A DNA stretch of 64,000 nucleotides from a virus. Lineage: Duplodnaviria > Caudoviricetes. Within the stretch, counting starts at the first letter, position 1, and the number at the start of each line of letters is the position of its first letter. A program made the position numbers and the translations under genes. Shown in pieces: positions 36,812-46,815 of this stretch. The stretch lies in IMG/VR virus record IMGVR_UViG_3300021426_000077, positions 36,428 to 100,427 of that record, one strand, 5' to 3'. A model generated the notes under the pieces. That model was not told the origin of the DNA, searched no databases, and worked only from the letters and a program-made list of their open reading frames with translations.

Positions 36812-37027
36812 ATGACTCTTGACAACCTCATTTCCAAGCTTCAAGACGTGCGTGCGGCAAATGGTAATGTTAACATTCAACTGCTTGAGCTGTATGGTAC
36901 TAAGCAGCGCAAGGGAAAGAAAAACTCTATCTTCACCAACGACATTCATCTGTCGTATGCTGAAGATGAAGATGAGCCGATTGAGCAGGCTCCGCAGGTC
37001 AAGTCTAACCCTATTGGATTTTGCTAG
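36812..37027 (+). CDS. early hypothetical protein
   Basis: GAAAGGA RBS before MTLDNL. Confidence 0.55.
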   Translation: MTLDNLISKLQDVRAANGNVNIQLLELYGTKQRKGKKNSIFTNDIHLSYAEDEDEPIEQAPQVKSNPIGFC

Positions 37028-37260
37028 AAAGGTGGTTTCTTTATGCGGGACTACATCGCAGCCTTTGCCATTCTTGTAAATCTTCCTTTGTCTCTTGTTC
37101 TGTTTGTAATTCCAATTCTTGCGATCATTTTTGGCTAACCGAACACTTGTTCGGTTGGCCTGGATCGCCGGCGCCTTTTGTGGAGATTTTGTGAAGACGT
37201 TGACAAATTCCCTGGAGTAGATAATAATATAATTGTCCTCCAAGAGAAAGGAAAAAGAAA

Positions 37261-37464
37261 ATGACTCCCATTCGTGAAAAGTTCAATTTCTACTTTGTTG
37301 GTGAGACTATCGAGGACGAAATTTTCTATCATGAGCCTGACCGTCCTATGTCTCAGCTCCACGCCGAGCTTATCGCGAAAAAGTTCCTGCAGGAATTGGG
37401 TGGCGGGCATCTTGACGCATTCAATTCTGACACAGACGAGTTTGTCTTTGATGTAGAAATCTAG
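37261..37464 (+). CDS. early hypothetical protein (similar to 47684-47866)
   Basis: KKFLQELGGGHLDAF vs QELLETLDGGSFDIY. Confidence 0.55.
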   Translation: MTPIREKFNFYFVGETIEDEIFYHEPDRPMSQLHAELIAKKFLQELGGGHLDAFNSDTDEFVFDVEI

Positions 37465-37830
37465 CGTAGACCGAACTAACGTTCGGTCGAACGCGCCGGC
37501 TTCAAATGTGGAGATTTTGTGAATTTGAAAATGATCATTGCAATGTGATTCCTTTATGTGTTATAATAGAAATGCTAGCCGCTTGCGGCCGAAAAATTTT
37601 ACCACACCGCGCATAAAAAGTCCAGAGGAATCCAGGGTTGTCGGTGAACGGTAGAAAAAGAGCGGCGAACGGTTTTCCCGCAACCTAGATGATCAAATGT
37701 GAAGGAATTGTGAAGGGGCAAGTTTTCTCTTTACAGGTTAGGGGAACAAGCGTATAGTAATAGTCAAGGAAGGGGAACGGAAAAGCCGAACCCCACAACC
37801 GCGGGGACGCCCCGCAGAAAGAAGGTAGTC

Positions 37831-38181
37831 ATGTCTGAGACCACCATCACCCGCAAGGCCGCTCTTGAGTTCGCCATCGCCAACCTTGACAATGCTGAGG
37901 TCTGCGCTGTGCTTCAGAAGATGCTTGACAGCATTTCCAAGCCCCGCAAGGCCACTGAGAGCAAGGCGCGCAAGGTCAATGAGAACCTTGCTAACAAGGT
38001 CGCTGAGCTGATTGCGGATAACCACGCTACGGCTATCACTACCAAGGACGTTGTGGCGCTTGGCATCCCTGAGATTGCTACGACGCAGAAGGCGGCTGCT
38101 GTGCTGCGTGTCGCTTGTGAGCTGGGTAGGTTTGAGAAGGTCGTGGACGGTAAGAAGGTCGGTTACCGCAAGCTGCACTAG
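37831..38181 (+). CDS. small wHTH-like DNA-binding protein, paralog 2
   Basis: Similarity to 32569 and 40145. Confidence 0.7.
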   Translation: MSETTITRKAALEFAIANLDNAEVCAVLQKMLDSISKPRKATESKARKVNENLANKVAELIADNHATAITTKDVVALGIPEIATTQKAAAVLRVACELGRFEKVVDGKKVGYRKLH

Positions 38182-38427
38182 TCCCAAGGGTGAGCGGGGC
38201 ACCCTAAAAACCCCGCATTTTTCTTTTGCTCAAGAGTTAGCCAAGGTTAACTTTTTCCTGGATCTGCCAAAAGTTAGCCTAATCTAACTTTCTGTGCCGG
38301 CGCGAATTGTGAAGAAAATGTGAAGGAAACTTTTTCCAAAAAACTATTGACCCCAGGAGCTAACAAGAGTATATTATTAGTTGTCGGGCGGGCAAGGGGT
38401 CTGCCCTCGGGGCCTTGGAGGTCTATC

Positions 38428-39120
38428 ATGCGTAAGGTTTTTGCTATTCTTGACATTGAAACCATCACGGACGCGCGTCTCGCGTTTGACGTGGCTTGGA
38501 TTGTCTGCGATTCTCACGGTGCGGTTCTTGAGCGTTACAATGCGCTCGTCTCTGAGATTGCAAACGCGCCTTTTGGTTCAACTCTGATTGCCCGCGATAG
38601 CTTCATGCGTAACAAGTCTGATTTCTATCGTGACGCGCTAGTATTTCACTCTGTCCCCGTCAAGTCATTCGCTGAGATTGCGGCAGACTTCGCGGCGATT
38701 TCTGAGCGCTACAATGCTACTACTGTTATGTGTGCCTACAATGCCCGATTTGATTACTCTGTGCTGAATGATAACGCTAACATGTATTATGGTGAGAACT
38801 TCTTTAGCGCAGACGTTGAGGTTGTGGACATTATGACCATGGCACTCGCTACCATTTGCGATACTAATAAGTATGTGCGTTGGTGCATGGTTAACGGTTG
38901 CATGACTGATAAGGGCAACGTAAAGACTAACGCTGAAACCGTGTATGCTTATCTTATGCAGGATAAGGACTACACGGAAGCGCATCACGCGCTGCAGGAT
39001 TGCGAAATTGAATCTGAGATTTATTTTAAGGCGCGTAAGCGTAAGCAGAAGCACCACAAGCAATTTGCATGGCCTGTTTTTGGTTGCGAGGAATGGCACA
39101 AGGTACAAAATCGTAAGTAA
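38428..39120 (+). CDS. DEDDh 3'-5' exonuclease
   Basis: ILDIET, AYNARFD, HHALQDCEIE motifs. Confidence 0.88.
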   Translation: MRKVFAILDIETITDARLAFDVAWIVCDSHGAVLERYNALVSEIANAPFGSTLIARDSFMRNKSDFYRDALVFHSVPVKSFAEIAADFAAISERYNATTVMCAYNARFDYSVLNDNANMYYGENFFSADVEVVDIMTMALATICDTNKYVRWCMVNGCMTDKGNVKTNAETVYAYLMQDKDYTEAHHALQDCEIESEIYFKARKRKQKHHKQFAWPVFGCEEWHKVQNRK

Positions 39121-39426
39121 GGGTAAGGGCGCGCAAGCGCCCTAACCTTTGCCGCAAATGTTAACCTGGGGTAACTTTCCCTGGATCGCGCCGGCCAAGG
39201 TTATGTTTTTTCAAAAATTTTGAGATTGAGTATTGACTGCAGGACTCCAAAGCATTATCCTTTTAAGGGAGGGAGGGAGGGATAGACCTAAATAGTTAAA
39301 TGATTTATGTTCCAGGTCTTCAAAAAAAAACTATTGACTCTCATGCTCAAAGTAGTATCATTAATAGTGAGCAAGGGGACATTGAGAATCGAATAAAGTC
39401 AATCCACTAACTGGAAGGAGTTTAAA

Positions 39427-39651
39427 ATGTGCGACTTTTGCAAGCCTATGACCGTCGAAGAGTGGAAGGAGTTCAAGGAGTGGAAGGACTGCAATCCCTA
39501 CCGTGGGGATGAGCAGGTTGAGTATGAGGGCATCTGGTATGCTCTGAAGCACCGTAAGTTCTTTATTGGTGCAAAATTTGATGGTGGGTACCTCTCTGAT
39601 GAGGTTGAACTCAAATTCAAGTTTTGTCCTATGTGCGGGCGCCCTCTGTAA
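39427..39651 (+). CDS. small Zn-ribbon protein
   Basis: MCDFC...FCPMCGRPL. Confidence 0.7.
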   Translation: MCDFCKPMTVEEWKEFKEWKDCNPYRGDEQVEYEGIWYALKHRKFFIGAKFDGGYLSDEVELKFKFCPMCGRPL

Positions 39652-40144
39652 AGAGGGCGTTTTTCTTTGTGTAAAAAGTTAGCAAAGGTAAATTTTTTGC
39701 GCCGGCTAAAACCTCTGATAAAGTATCTTATGTAAAGTAGATTCTCACGCATTCCCGCAGGTAAAAAGCTTGTATCAGCCGCAAACTCTGATAAAGTATC
39801 TTATGTAAAGTAACCAATTGTTAGTCCGGCCATCGCAGATGGCCGAAAATTTTACCAGGCCTGCAATCAAAAAACAAGACTTGACTCGGCGAACGGTAGG
39901 AAAACAGCGGTAAACGGCACCCAAAACTTGATCGACCGCTCATCCCCAAAAACCTACCGTTCGCCGACCTTTTCTAGCTATTCAGACCCTACAAGCGTAA
40001 TATTATTGGTGGGGAGAGGAAGCGTCCCCGCGAACCTTGAAACTAGAATTTTCTCAAGACCTAAAAAAGGTCTAAAATCTGCCAATTAGCTAGGCACAGG
40101 GTCTAGCTAGAAATAACCCCTACGGGGGAGAAAGGTGGGACACT

Positions 40145-40498
40145 ATGACCACCAAGCAGAACAGCATTACCCGCGCCGATGCCCTCGCTTTTGCTATCGA
40201 GCGTTGCGAGGATAACCCCGAGGTTGTGGAGGTGCTGACCAAGATGCACGCGAGCATTACCAAGCCGCGCGCCAAGCAGGTTTCTAAGGCTCGAGTTGGT
40301 AACGAGCACCTTGCAACCCTCGTCCGTGACGCAGTTAGCGCTCACGGCGATGGTATGGGTACCAAGGACATTGTCAACCTCGGCATTCCCGAGATTACCA
40401 CCACGCAGAAAGCTGCGGCCGTTTGCCGTGTTGCGTGCGAGCTCGGTTATCTGCACAAGAACGTGGACGGTAAGTCGGTTACGTATTCCCTCGCGTAG
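40145..40498 (+). CDS. small wHTH-like DNA-binding protein, paralog 3
   Basis: Similarity to 32569 and 37831. Confidence 0.7.
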   Translation: MTTKQNSITRADALAFAIERCEDNPEVVEVLTKMHASITKPRAKQVSKARVGNEHLATLVRDAVSAHGDGMGTKDIVNLGIPEITTTQKAAAVCRVACELGYLHKNVDGKSVTYSLA

Positions 40499-41251
40499 CC
40501 GCGCGACCTAGGCAAGTCGCTAAACTGCCTAACTAACTTATTCCCGCGCCCTAGGTTGACTAAATGAGAATGAGAGGTCCCTAGGGCGCGGATTGTTTTC
40601 AATTAAAAGTTAACCAGGGTAAACTCTTCGGACGATCGTGGCCTGGAGCGAACAAGTGTTCTAGTTGGCCGGCATGATCGAACAAATGTTCGATTTGCCA
40701 TCGATCGTTCTAAAACTACCGTTCACCGACCCGCAAAGAATTTTGATTTTGACTATTGCATTCTGCCCTCGTAATAGTATCATGGAATTGTACTCAAGGC
40801 GGCGACCAAATAGGCCTAACCGAACCAGGTAGGGTACCTAATGCGCATTATGCGGGGAGGACAAAACAGGTGTACTACCAACACCCCTACCTAAATTACA
40901 GAACAAACGTTCTATCGAACTGGTGTTCGATTTTCAAAAACCGAACTGGTGTTCTATAACGTACTCCAAATCGAACTGGTGTTCCATGTTCGGTCCTGCC
41001 GAGCCGTGCGCACGCATACGGCTTTTTCCCGTGAATTCGCGACTCGCATACGCCCATACGCAAAATTCCTAGAATTTTCCTAAAACCAGCATACGCAAAA
41101 TATAGCATACGGCGCATCTGTAGATTTTCACTTGACAGAACCGCATTTTTATGGTATAATTAAAGTGACGGCCTTTTTTTGCCCCGCACTTTCCTAAAAA
41201 AAGACCCGCACGCCAATCGGCATACGGGCCTTCATGCTAAAATCGCTATAC

Positions 41252-41620
41252 TTAAGCGCGCTTCTGGACGAGAGTTACCTCATACGTTTTACCATCGATT
41301 TCGAAGTGGAGCTGACGCTCAGCATTAGTAATCTCCACTCCATTCTCCGCAATTGCCCCAAGAGAAGAAGCAATAGTATCAATGATCATCCTCTTGGTAT
41401 CATTAGGCTTGCGGGTTCTTGCTCGGGATGACTTGGCCTTCGTGGTTTCTTCAACCTCAGTCTGATCCTTGTATCCCTGCTCTCCCAGGTAGCGCGCAAT
41501 AGCGACCGCATTACTAATCTTTTCTCGGCGAGCCTGCCTAAAGACGTCAGCCGGAATAACGACAGTCTGCGGGGTTCCGTTCTTGTCAGTGAAAGAATAT
41601 TTGACGTCTCCAGGATTCAT
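41252..41620 (-). CDS. hypothetical protein
   Basis: RKPNDTKRMII...ITNAERQLHF...VTLVQKR; RBS present. Confidence 0.65.
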   Translation of the reverse strand: MNPGDVKYSFTDKNGTPQTVVIPADVFRQARREKISNAVAIARYLGEQGYKDQTEVEETTKAKSSRARTRKPNDTKRMIIDTIASSLGAIAENGVEITNAERQLHFEIDGKTYEVTLVQKRA

Positions 41621-41715
41621 GCGGCTCTCCTTAATAGCACATGGGGTGGACCAAGCCCGCCACCCCTCGGGCGTTAACTAGCTATTTACTGTGGCGTTTA
41701 ACAGGCCGCCGCAGC

Positions 41716-42067
41716 CTAGGCGATCTCGAAGGTAGCGGGATCGCTCTTCTTCTCGCCGTCGTGACGGATAACGCGACCCTCACGGCCAAGGTAACGGAGG
41801 GCGGCGCTCATCTTCTGAGCAGAGCAACCAAACTCCGCAGCCATGTCCTTGTTGGTGACAGGCTCATCGTGGTTAGCGAGGGCGTTGTAGACGTTCTCAC
41901 GGAACTCGACAACCTCTGCGTTCACCTTAGGCTTGCGGGGACGAGCAGCGTTCTTCTCGATCTGCGCGATCTTCTTCTCGCAGAAGGCAACGATCTCGGG
42001 GTCGTCAGCCATGTACTCAGCGATGCGGGCGTAGAGGTCCTTCTGGGTGGTCTTGGTCTCGGTCATG
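41716..42067 (-). CDS. wHTH DNA-binding protein (distant member of the same family)
   Basis: VTNKDMAAEFGCSAQKMSAALRYL. Confidence 0.7.
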
Positions 42068-42379
42068 GTAGTTCTCCTTTTCTGCCTTGCGGCTGTCCTT
42101 TGGTCAGCCCCTTTGGCTGACTCTTTGTTTATTGAGGAGGTCATCCTCTCAGGGTTTGGACTTTTTCCTCTCCCTTTTTTCTAATTATATTATATCATGT
42201 TTTTATGTCTGCTGTCAAGTACTTTCTTTTGGTTTAGTTCACTTTATTTTCACGTCTCGTTCATGATTTCCTCCTTCTCCCTCTCTCTTTATATATATTA
42301 TAGCATAAAAGTAGGGCAGCTGACAAGTTTTTTCTTTTGTTTTAGCCATATTTTTTATATATTTTATGCTTTTTTATAT

Positions 42380-42560
42380 AAAAATGAGATCGAAAATGAA
42401 AATTTTATGCAAGAAACGTTTGAAAATGAAAATTGAAAACGAAAATTCAAAATGAAAATTCATTTTTGAAAATGAAAACCAAAATTTTATTCAAAAATTC
42501 TTTTGATTTTCAAAATTTTTTAACAAAATATGCAGAATTTTTAGTTGAAATTTTGATTTT
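42380..42560. repeat. A-tract repeats (GAAAAT)n
   Basis: gaaaatgaaaattgaaaacgaaaattcaaaatgaaaattc... Confidence 0.75.
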
Positions 42561-42737
42561 ATACGCTTTTTCCAAGAGAAGAGATAGAAATGCGGCCACT
42601 TGCAAATGAAAATTGTAATTAACAATGCTTAAACATACGCGGGGAATCCAGTGATTTTCGGTCGAAATACCTGAGCTCAGGAGAGGTGAGTGGCTTAGAG
42701 GTTGTGCGCCACAGCTCCGCTGTCATATGTAGCCATT

Positions 42738-42926
42738 CTATGCTTTTTCTACTGGATTTTTAATAGTTTTCCGTTTTCTGTTTCTAATAGCATATAGATA
42801 TGCTTGAATTGCTCGTCTAGCCATTCCAGATAACGATTCTCCACGCTCTTCTGCAAGAACTTGTAATTCTTGCTTTTCCATTGGAGAAATTAAAATCGAA
42901 ATTTGTTCTTTAGGTATTTTACTCAT
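42738..42926 (-). CDS. ribbon-helix-helix (CopG-like) protein
   Basis: QISILISPMEKQELQVLAEERGESLSGMARRAIQAYL. Confidence 0.7.
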   Translation of the reverse strand: MSKIPKEQISILISPMEKQELQVLAEERGESLSGMARRAIQAYLYAIRNRKRKTIKNPVEKA

Positions 42927-43734
42927 TATATACCTCTTTATACGCATCTTGATATTCTTTTTCATACGCTTCTAAAAGTAAACCACGATCTAATCCAGAC
43001 TTTACTTTATCAGCTAGTATTTTCACATTATTTTTAACAGGCGCCGCAAGTTCATTTAATACTTCTTCGTTAATTTCTCTACCTTGTTCAAGAACAGAAG
43101 TAATATATTCACTATCAGCTCTGATCTGTGTTTTACTATATTGCTTTACCCAATATAACTCATGATAATAACCTTTATGTCCAGGTCTTTGATAAGATTT
43201 AGATATTTTAATTAATCCTACATCTTCCAATACAGCTAATGCTCTTTGAATTAACAAAATATTCTTTTCTTGCTTAGTATACCCTAATGCTAAAGCAATT
43301 TCTGTTTTTGAAAAAAAATAATTTTCATTTTTACCATATGTTTCTTTTATATATAAATGTTTAATATATTTACTCATTAAATAACAATACACTTTAAAAG
43401 GTAATTCAGTTAAATAATCTAAACAAAATTTTACATTATCAGCAGTTAAACCAACAAAAGGTTTATCTACTGCATTAAATACATAAAACTCATCTGTTTC
43501 AGTAATTAATCCAAGATCTATATAAGTTTTAATTAACACATTACACTTATAATAAGTTTTATGTAATATGCTCTTAATAGAATCTCTTAATTCTTTCTTA
43601 TCTATATAATGATATGTATTTCCATTCTCTTCTATAATATATCCTTTATTAAAAGAGGCTAAATATAATTGAGGATCATATTGTTTATTTTTCATATGTT
43701 CATTTGAAACACTTATAAGTAAATCATTTTTCAC
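42919..43734 (-). CDS. HTH replication-initiator-like protein
   Basis: FKVYCYL...FSKTEIALALGY...LEDVGLIK wHTH; adjacent to iterons. Confidence 0.5.
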   Translation of the reverse strand: MKNDLLISVSNEHMKNKQYDPQLYLASFNKGYIIEENGNTYHYIDKKELRDSIKSILHKTYYKCNVLIKTYIDLGLITETDEFYVFNAVDKPFVGLTADNVKFCLDYLTELPFKVYCYLMSKYIKHLYIKETYGKNENYFFSKTEIALALGYTKQEKNILLIQRALAVLEDVGLIKISKSYQRPGHKGYYHELYWVKQYSKTQIRADSEYITSVLEQGREINEEVLNELAAPVKNNVKILADKVKSGLDRGLLLEAYEKEYQDAYKEVYNE

Positions 43735-43798
43735 AACTATCCTCCTTTCTATAAATAAAAATTCTTATCTATATATCTATTATCTATATCTATTAGGC

Positions 43799-44046
43799 GT
43801 ATTACTTTTTTAAAAAAATAAGCTTATCTAGTATTACTTTTTTAAAAATCTAGTATTACTTTTTTAAAAATCTAGTATTACTTTTTTAAAAATTATTAGA
43901 TATAAAAAATATCTGGTATTACTTTTTTAAAATTCTTGATAGACCTTTTTAATATAGATAGACATTTTTTAACTATAGATAGACATTTTTTTAATATAGA
44001 TAGACATTTTTTAATCTACAATATTCTTGATAGACTTTTTTTAATT
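43799..44046. repeat. two iteron arrays, putative replication origin
   Basis: 22-bp CTAGTATTACTTTTTTAAAAAT x3 perfect tandem (43828-43893) plus 2 variants; GATAGAC(A)TTTTTTAA x5 (43938-44046). Confidence 0.8.
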
Positions 44047-44151
44047 CTTCTTTTTCTTTTTGTTTCCTTACTATTTCGCACAAACAATCATCACATTTAA
44101 TTTTAAGTCCACAAATCTGTTTATAACTACATATAGAATTAATTTCAGCCA

Positions 44152-44538
44152 TTAAACAACACCTACAAATTCACAATCAAAACCATTAGCATTAAACATA
44201 TAATAATTAATTGAAGGATCAGGTTGATAAAGATATCCCGCATCAATTAACTTTTTTATTGATAAATAATATTGATTGTGTTTCATTCCAAAAGTTCTTT
44301 CTACTGCAATCTGACTTAAATTTAAACCACATTCATCACCAATGCTACAACTAATAAGATATACATATAATTTAAATGGTCCTGCATCCAATATTTGTGC
44401 AGCTCTTTGCAAAACATCTCTTTTAAAATAAAAATAGTTTTCACTATAATCTTCAATATTTTTAAAAATAACTCGTTTCTGATTTGGATACCTTACTTGT
44501 TCATCATAAAAATGATTTGGTAACTTATTACGTGGCAT
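44152..44538 (-). CDS. wHTH replication-type protein
   Basis: FKLYVYL...LSQIAVERTFGM...YYLSIKKLIDAGYL. Confidence 0.55.
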   Translation of the reverse strand: MPRNKLPNHFYDEQVRYPNQKRVIFKNIEDYSENYFYFKRDVLQRAAQILDAGPFKLYVYLISCSIGDECGLNLSQIAVERTFGMKHNQYYLSIKKLIDAGYLYQPDPSINYYMFNANGFDCEFVGVV

Positions 44539-45564
44539 AAATATAAATCCCCTCATTCAATTTTTTAATGATAATTAATTCATCCACAACTAAAACACTT
44601 ATATTGATATTGAATAGGATATGTTGTAAGTACCATCTTTGTATTCCTATACAATGGCTCTTCGCAGTTAGGACACATGATTTCAGTACCAACTCAATCA
44701 GCAGGCATAAACATACCTACTTTATTATCTCTATTCACAAAATCTTCCCATTTAATCACTGCGGCCACCCGTCCTTTTCATATGACATAATACGCCACGA
44801 ATCGTAGATAGATCCTCGTACTACTATACGGCTCCTAATTTTCTACAATTCGTAGCTGTTTTTGTAACAAAAATTAACAAAAATCTATACCAAATCTAGT
44901 ATTAAATTTTAAATTCCTATACAAGATTTAGTATGATTTTTGTTAAAAAAATGACACTCACAAAAATCTAATTTTTGTTCTACCAATCTTCTCCAATATA
45001 GCCAGTGTGCGGCCGTCCGTGATCATCATTGTCTCCGTCTAAAAAGAAAAAGGCAATTAAAACCACGATTAAAACAAATGCAATACTAGACATTTAATCT
45101 TTGCACCCCATTCTATATACAGTTCAAAAGTAAGAAAAATAGTAACATAATGATATATTAAATTAAGAATAAAAGAAAATCTTTCTTCGTCCACATCAAA
45201 AATCCAAGATATTTTATCTAATCCATCACAAAAAGCATAACCAACTAACAGAGATATTAAGTAACATACTAAAAAATCTAAATTAAACATGTTGATCTTT
45301 TCTATAAGTATCTGATATATAATACACATTATCTAAATCTTTATCAATTATTATTTGAGTATTAAAATCACTGAGTGTATGCGATAACCTATCGTTTTCT
45401 TCAAAAAAATAACCATATAAAATTCATACATATACACAAACCGAAAATAAAAAAGGTAAAAAAACTAACAAAAGAAATAATAGTAATAACATGCGGCCGT
45501 TGCCTTTCTCATATGACAATATCTAGCAGCTCATGCAATTGACAATCACAGTCGCCGCATTAAA

Positions 45565-46395
45565 TTATTCAAGCTCTCCACAATTAACCTCTGAATAAAA
45601 TTCTTGCATATCATCTAGTCTAAGCATACCTAGACAATTGCGGCCAGTATCAATACAAATTTTCTTAGTATTGTTTGGCATAGTTAAAGTAATTATTCTA
45701 TTGTTATCACTTTTAATTTTAACATTATCATAATGTGAATCCATTTTTGCAATATCTATAATATTATCATGCCAATATTTAGTAGGAGTATGTCCAAATA
45801 TTACATTATAAGGAAGATCTTCTATACCATATATCCAACATTCACGCACCCATAGTAGAGTCTGACTAAAAACTTCCCCATAATCTGGAATGTCAATCTG
45901 TTTATAGATACCATTAAAATAAGCATCATCATCAGACATATGCCCACCTATACTAAGTCCCGCATGCACCATCATATAACGATTTTCTCCAAGAGTAACA
46001 TCAAAATAAAAAGGAAGTCTCGTAAGCCAAGGAATCAGCACATCATATCTCCATTGCGGAGTCGTTAGATCATACAGCGCTTGCATGGTTTCTCCTCCGC
46101 CATTCCAGCTCCAAGCATCATTCCATTCCCAAGCTTGATCTTCCTCTATTGTAAAAGCATTAATATCTCTTCTAAGAACACTAAGCATCATATCTTCGTG
46201 ATTACCCATTAAAAAATGAATATTGCGGGGTGCTTCCTCAATAGCCCAAATAATAGCCTCAGCAGATTGCGGGCCCCTGTCTATAACATCGCCAAGAACA
46301 AACAGCTCATCACCGTCGCCAAAGCTGACCTGCCGCAGCAAATCAGATACTCTGTTTAAGTATCCATGAATATCGCTCATAACATAAGTAGCCAT
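45565..46395 (-). CDS. calcineurin-like metallophosphoesterase (Ser/Thr phosphatase type)
   Basis: SDIHG, LGDVIDRG, GNHE, VHAG, FGHTP, IDTG. Confidence 0.92.
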   Translation of the reverse strand: MATYVMSDIHGYLNRVSDLLRQVSFGDGDELFVLGDVIDRGPQSAEAIIWAIEEAPRNIHFLMGNHEDMMLSVLRRDINAFTIEEDQAWEWNDAWSWNGGGETMQALYDLTTPQWRYDVLIPWLTRLPFYFDVTLGENRYMMVHAGLSIGGHMSDDDAYFNGIYKQIDIPDYGEVFSQTLLWVRECWIYGIEDLPYNVIFGHTPTKYWHDNIIDIAKMDSHYDNVKIKSDNNRIITLTMPNNTKKICIDTGRNCLGMLRLDDMQEFYSEVNCGELE

Positions 46396-46412
46396 TTCTC
46401 TCCTCTTAGTTT

Positions 46413-46742
46413 TTAATAATCAGTTAATATACGCACTATTTCTGGACGTATATTATTCATCTCAAAAACATGATCGTCATCTGCATACGTATAATAATGC
46501 TCAAAAAATCTAAGAGCATCTTTCTTACTCTTGGCAAAAACAATAGCTACATCATCATTAAAAGAATGATCAACCATTTGGTTTGCTCTAGCATACACAA
46601 ATAGTTTATATTTATTAGTAAAGAGTTTATGCCTGCGGCCCTTGATCTGACGACGGTACTCATCTATATCATGTTCATATAGCCAGCCAGTTCCAGGATA
46701 AAGCGCAGCTCAATCTGGTAATTGAAAATGCTTTTTAGTCAT
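46413..46742 (-). CDS. hypothetical protein (one in-frame TGA)
   Basis: MTKKHFQLPDW*AALY... with AAAGGAG RBS. Confidence 0.5.
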
Positions 46743-46815
46743 TCTTTTCTCCTTTAAATAGAAGAAGTGTACCTCAAAAAATTGAGGTACACTTTTAACA
46801 ATCTTTTAGATTAAA

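Larger units (their letters stand above)
31044..40625. promoter_or_regulatory. about 8 DtxR/MntR-like palindromes AAGTTAGCCTAGGTTAACT
   Basis: Near 31044, 31281, 33809, 38233, 38269, 39157, 39673 and 40605. Confidence 0.55.
31311..40985. promoter_or_regulatory. dispersed array of at least 14 Gram-positive LexA (SOS) boxes GAAC-N4-GTTC
   Basis: 31311, 32410, 33031, 33470, 34443, 36042, 37140, 37472, 40649, 40679, 40900, 40916, 40942, 40972; nearly all intergenic. Confidence 0.8.

Noticed and set aside
31311-40985. Integron attC array or CRISPR
   Set aside because: Cassettes carry their own promoters; no integrase in the window; repeats are short operator-like motifs
43799-44046. CRISPR array
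   Set aside because: Repeats are contiguous with no unique spacers and no cas genes; they fit iterons
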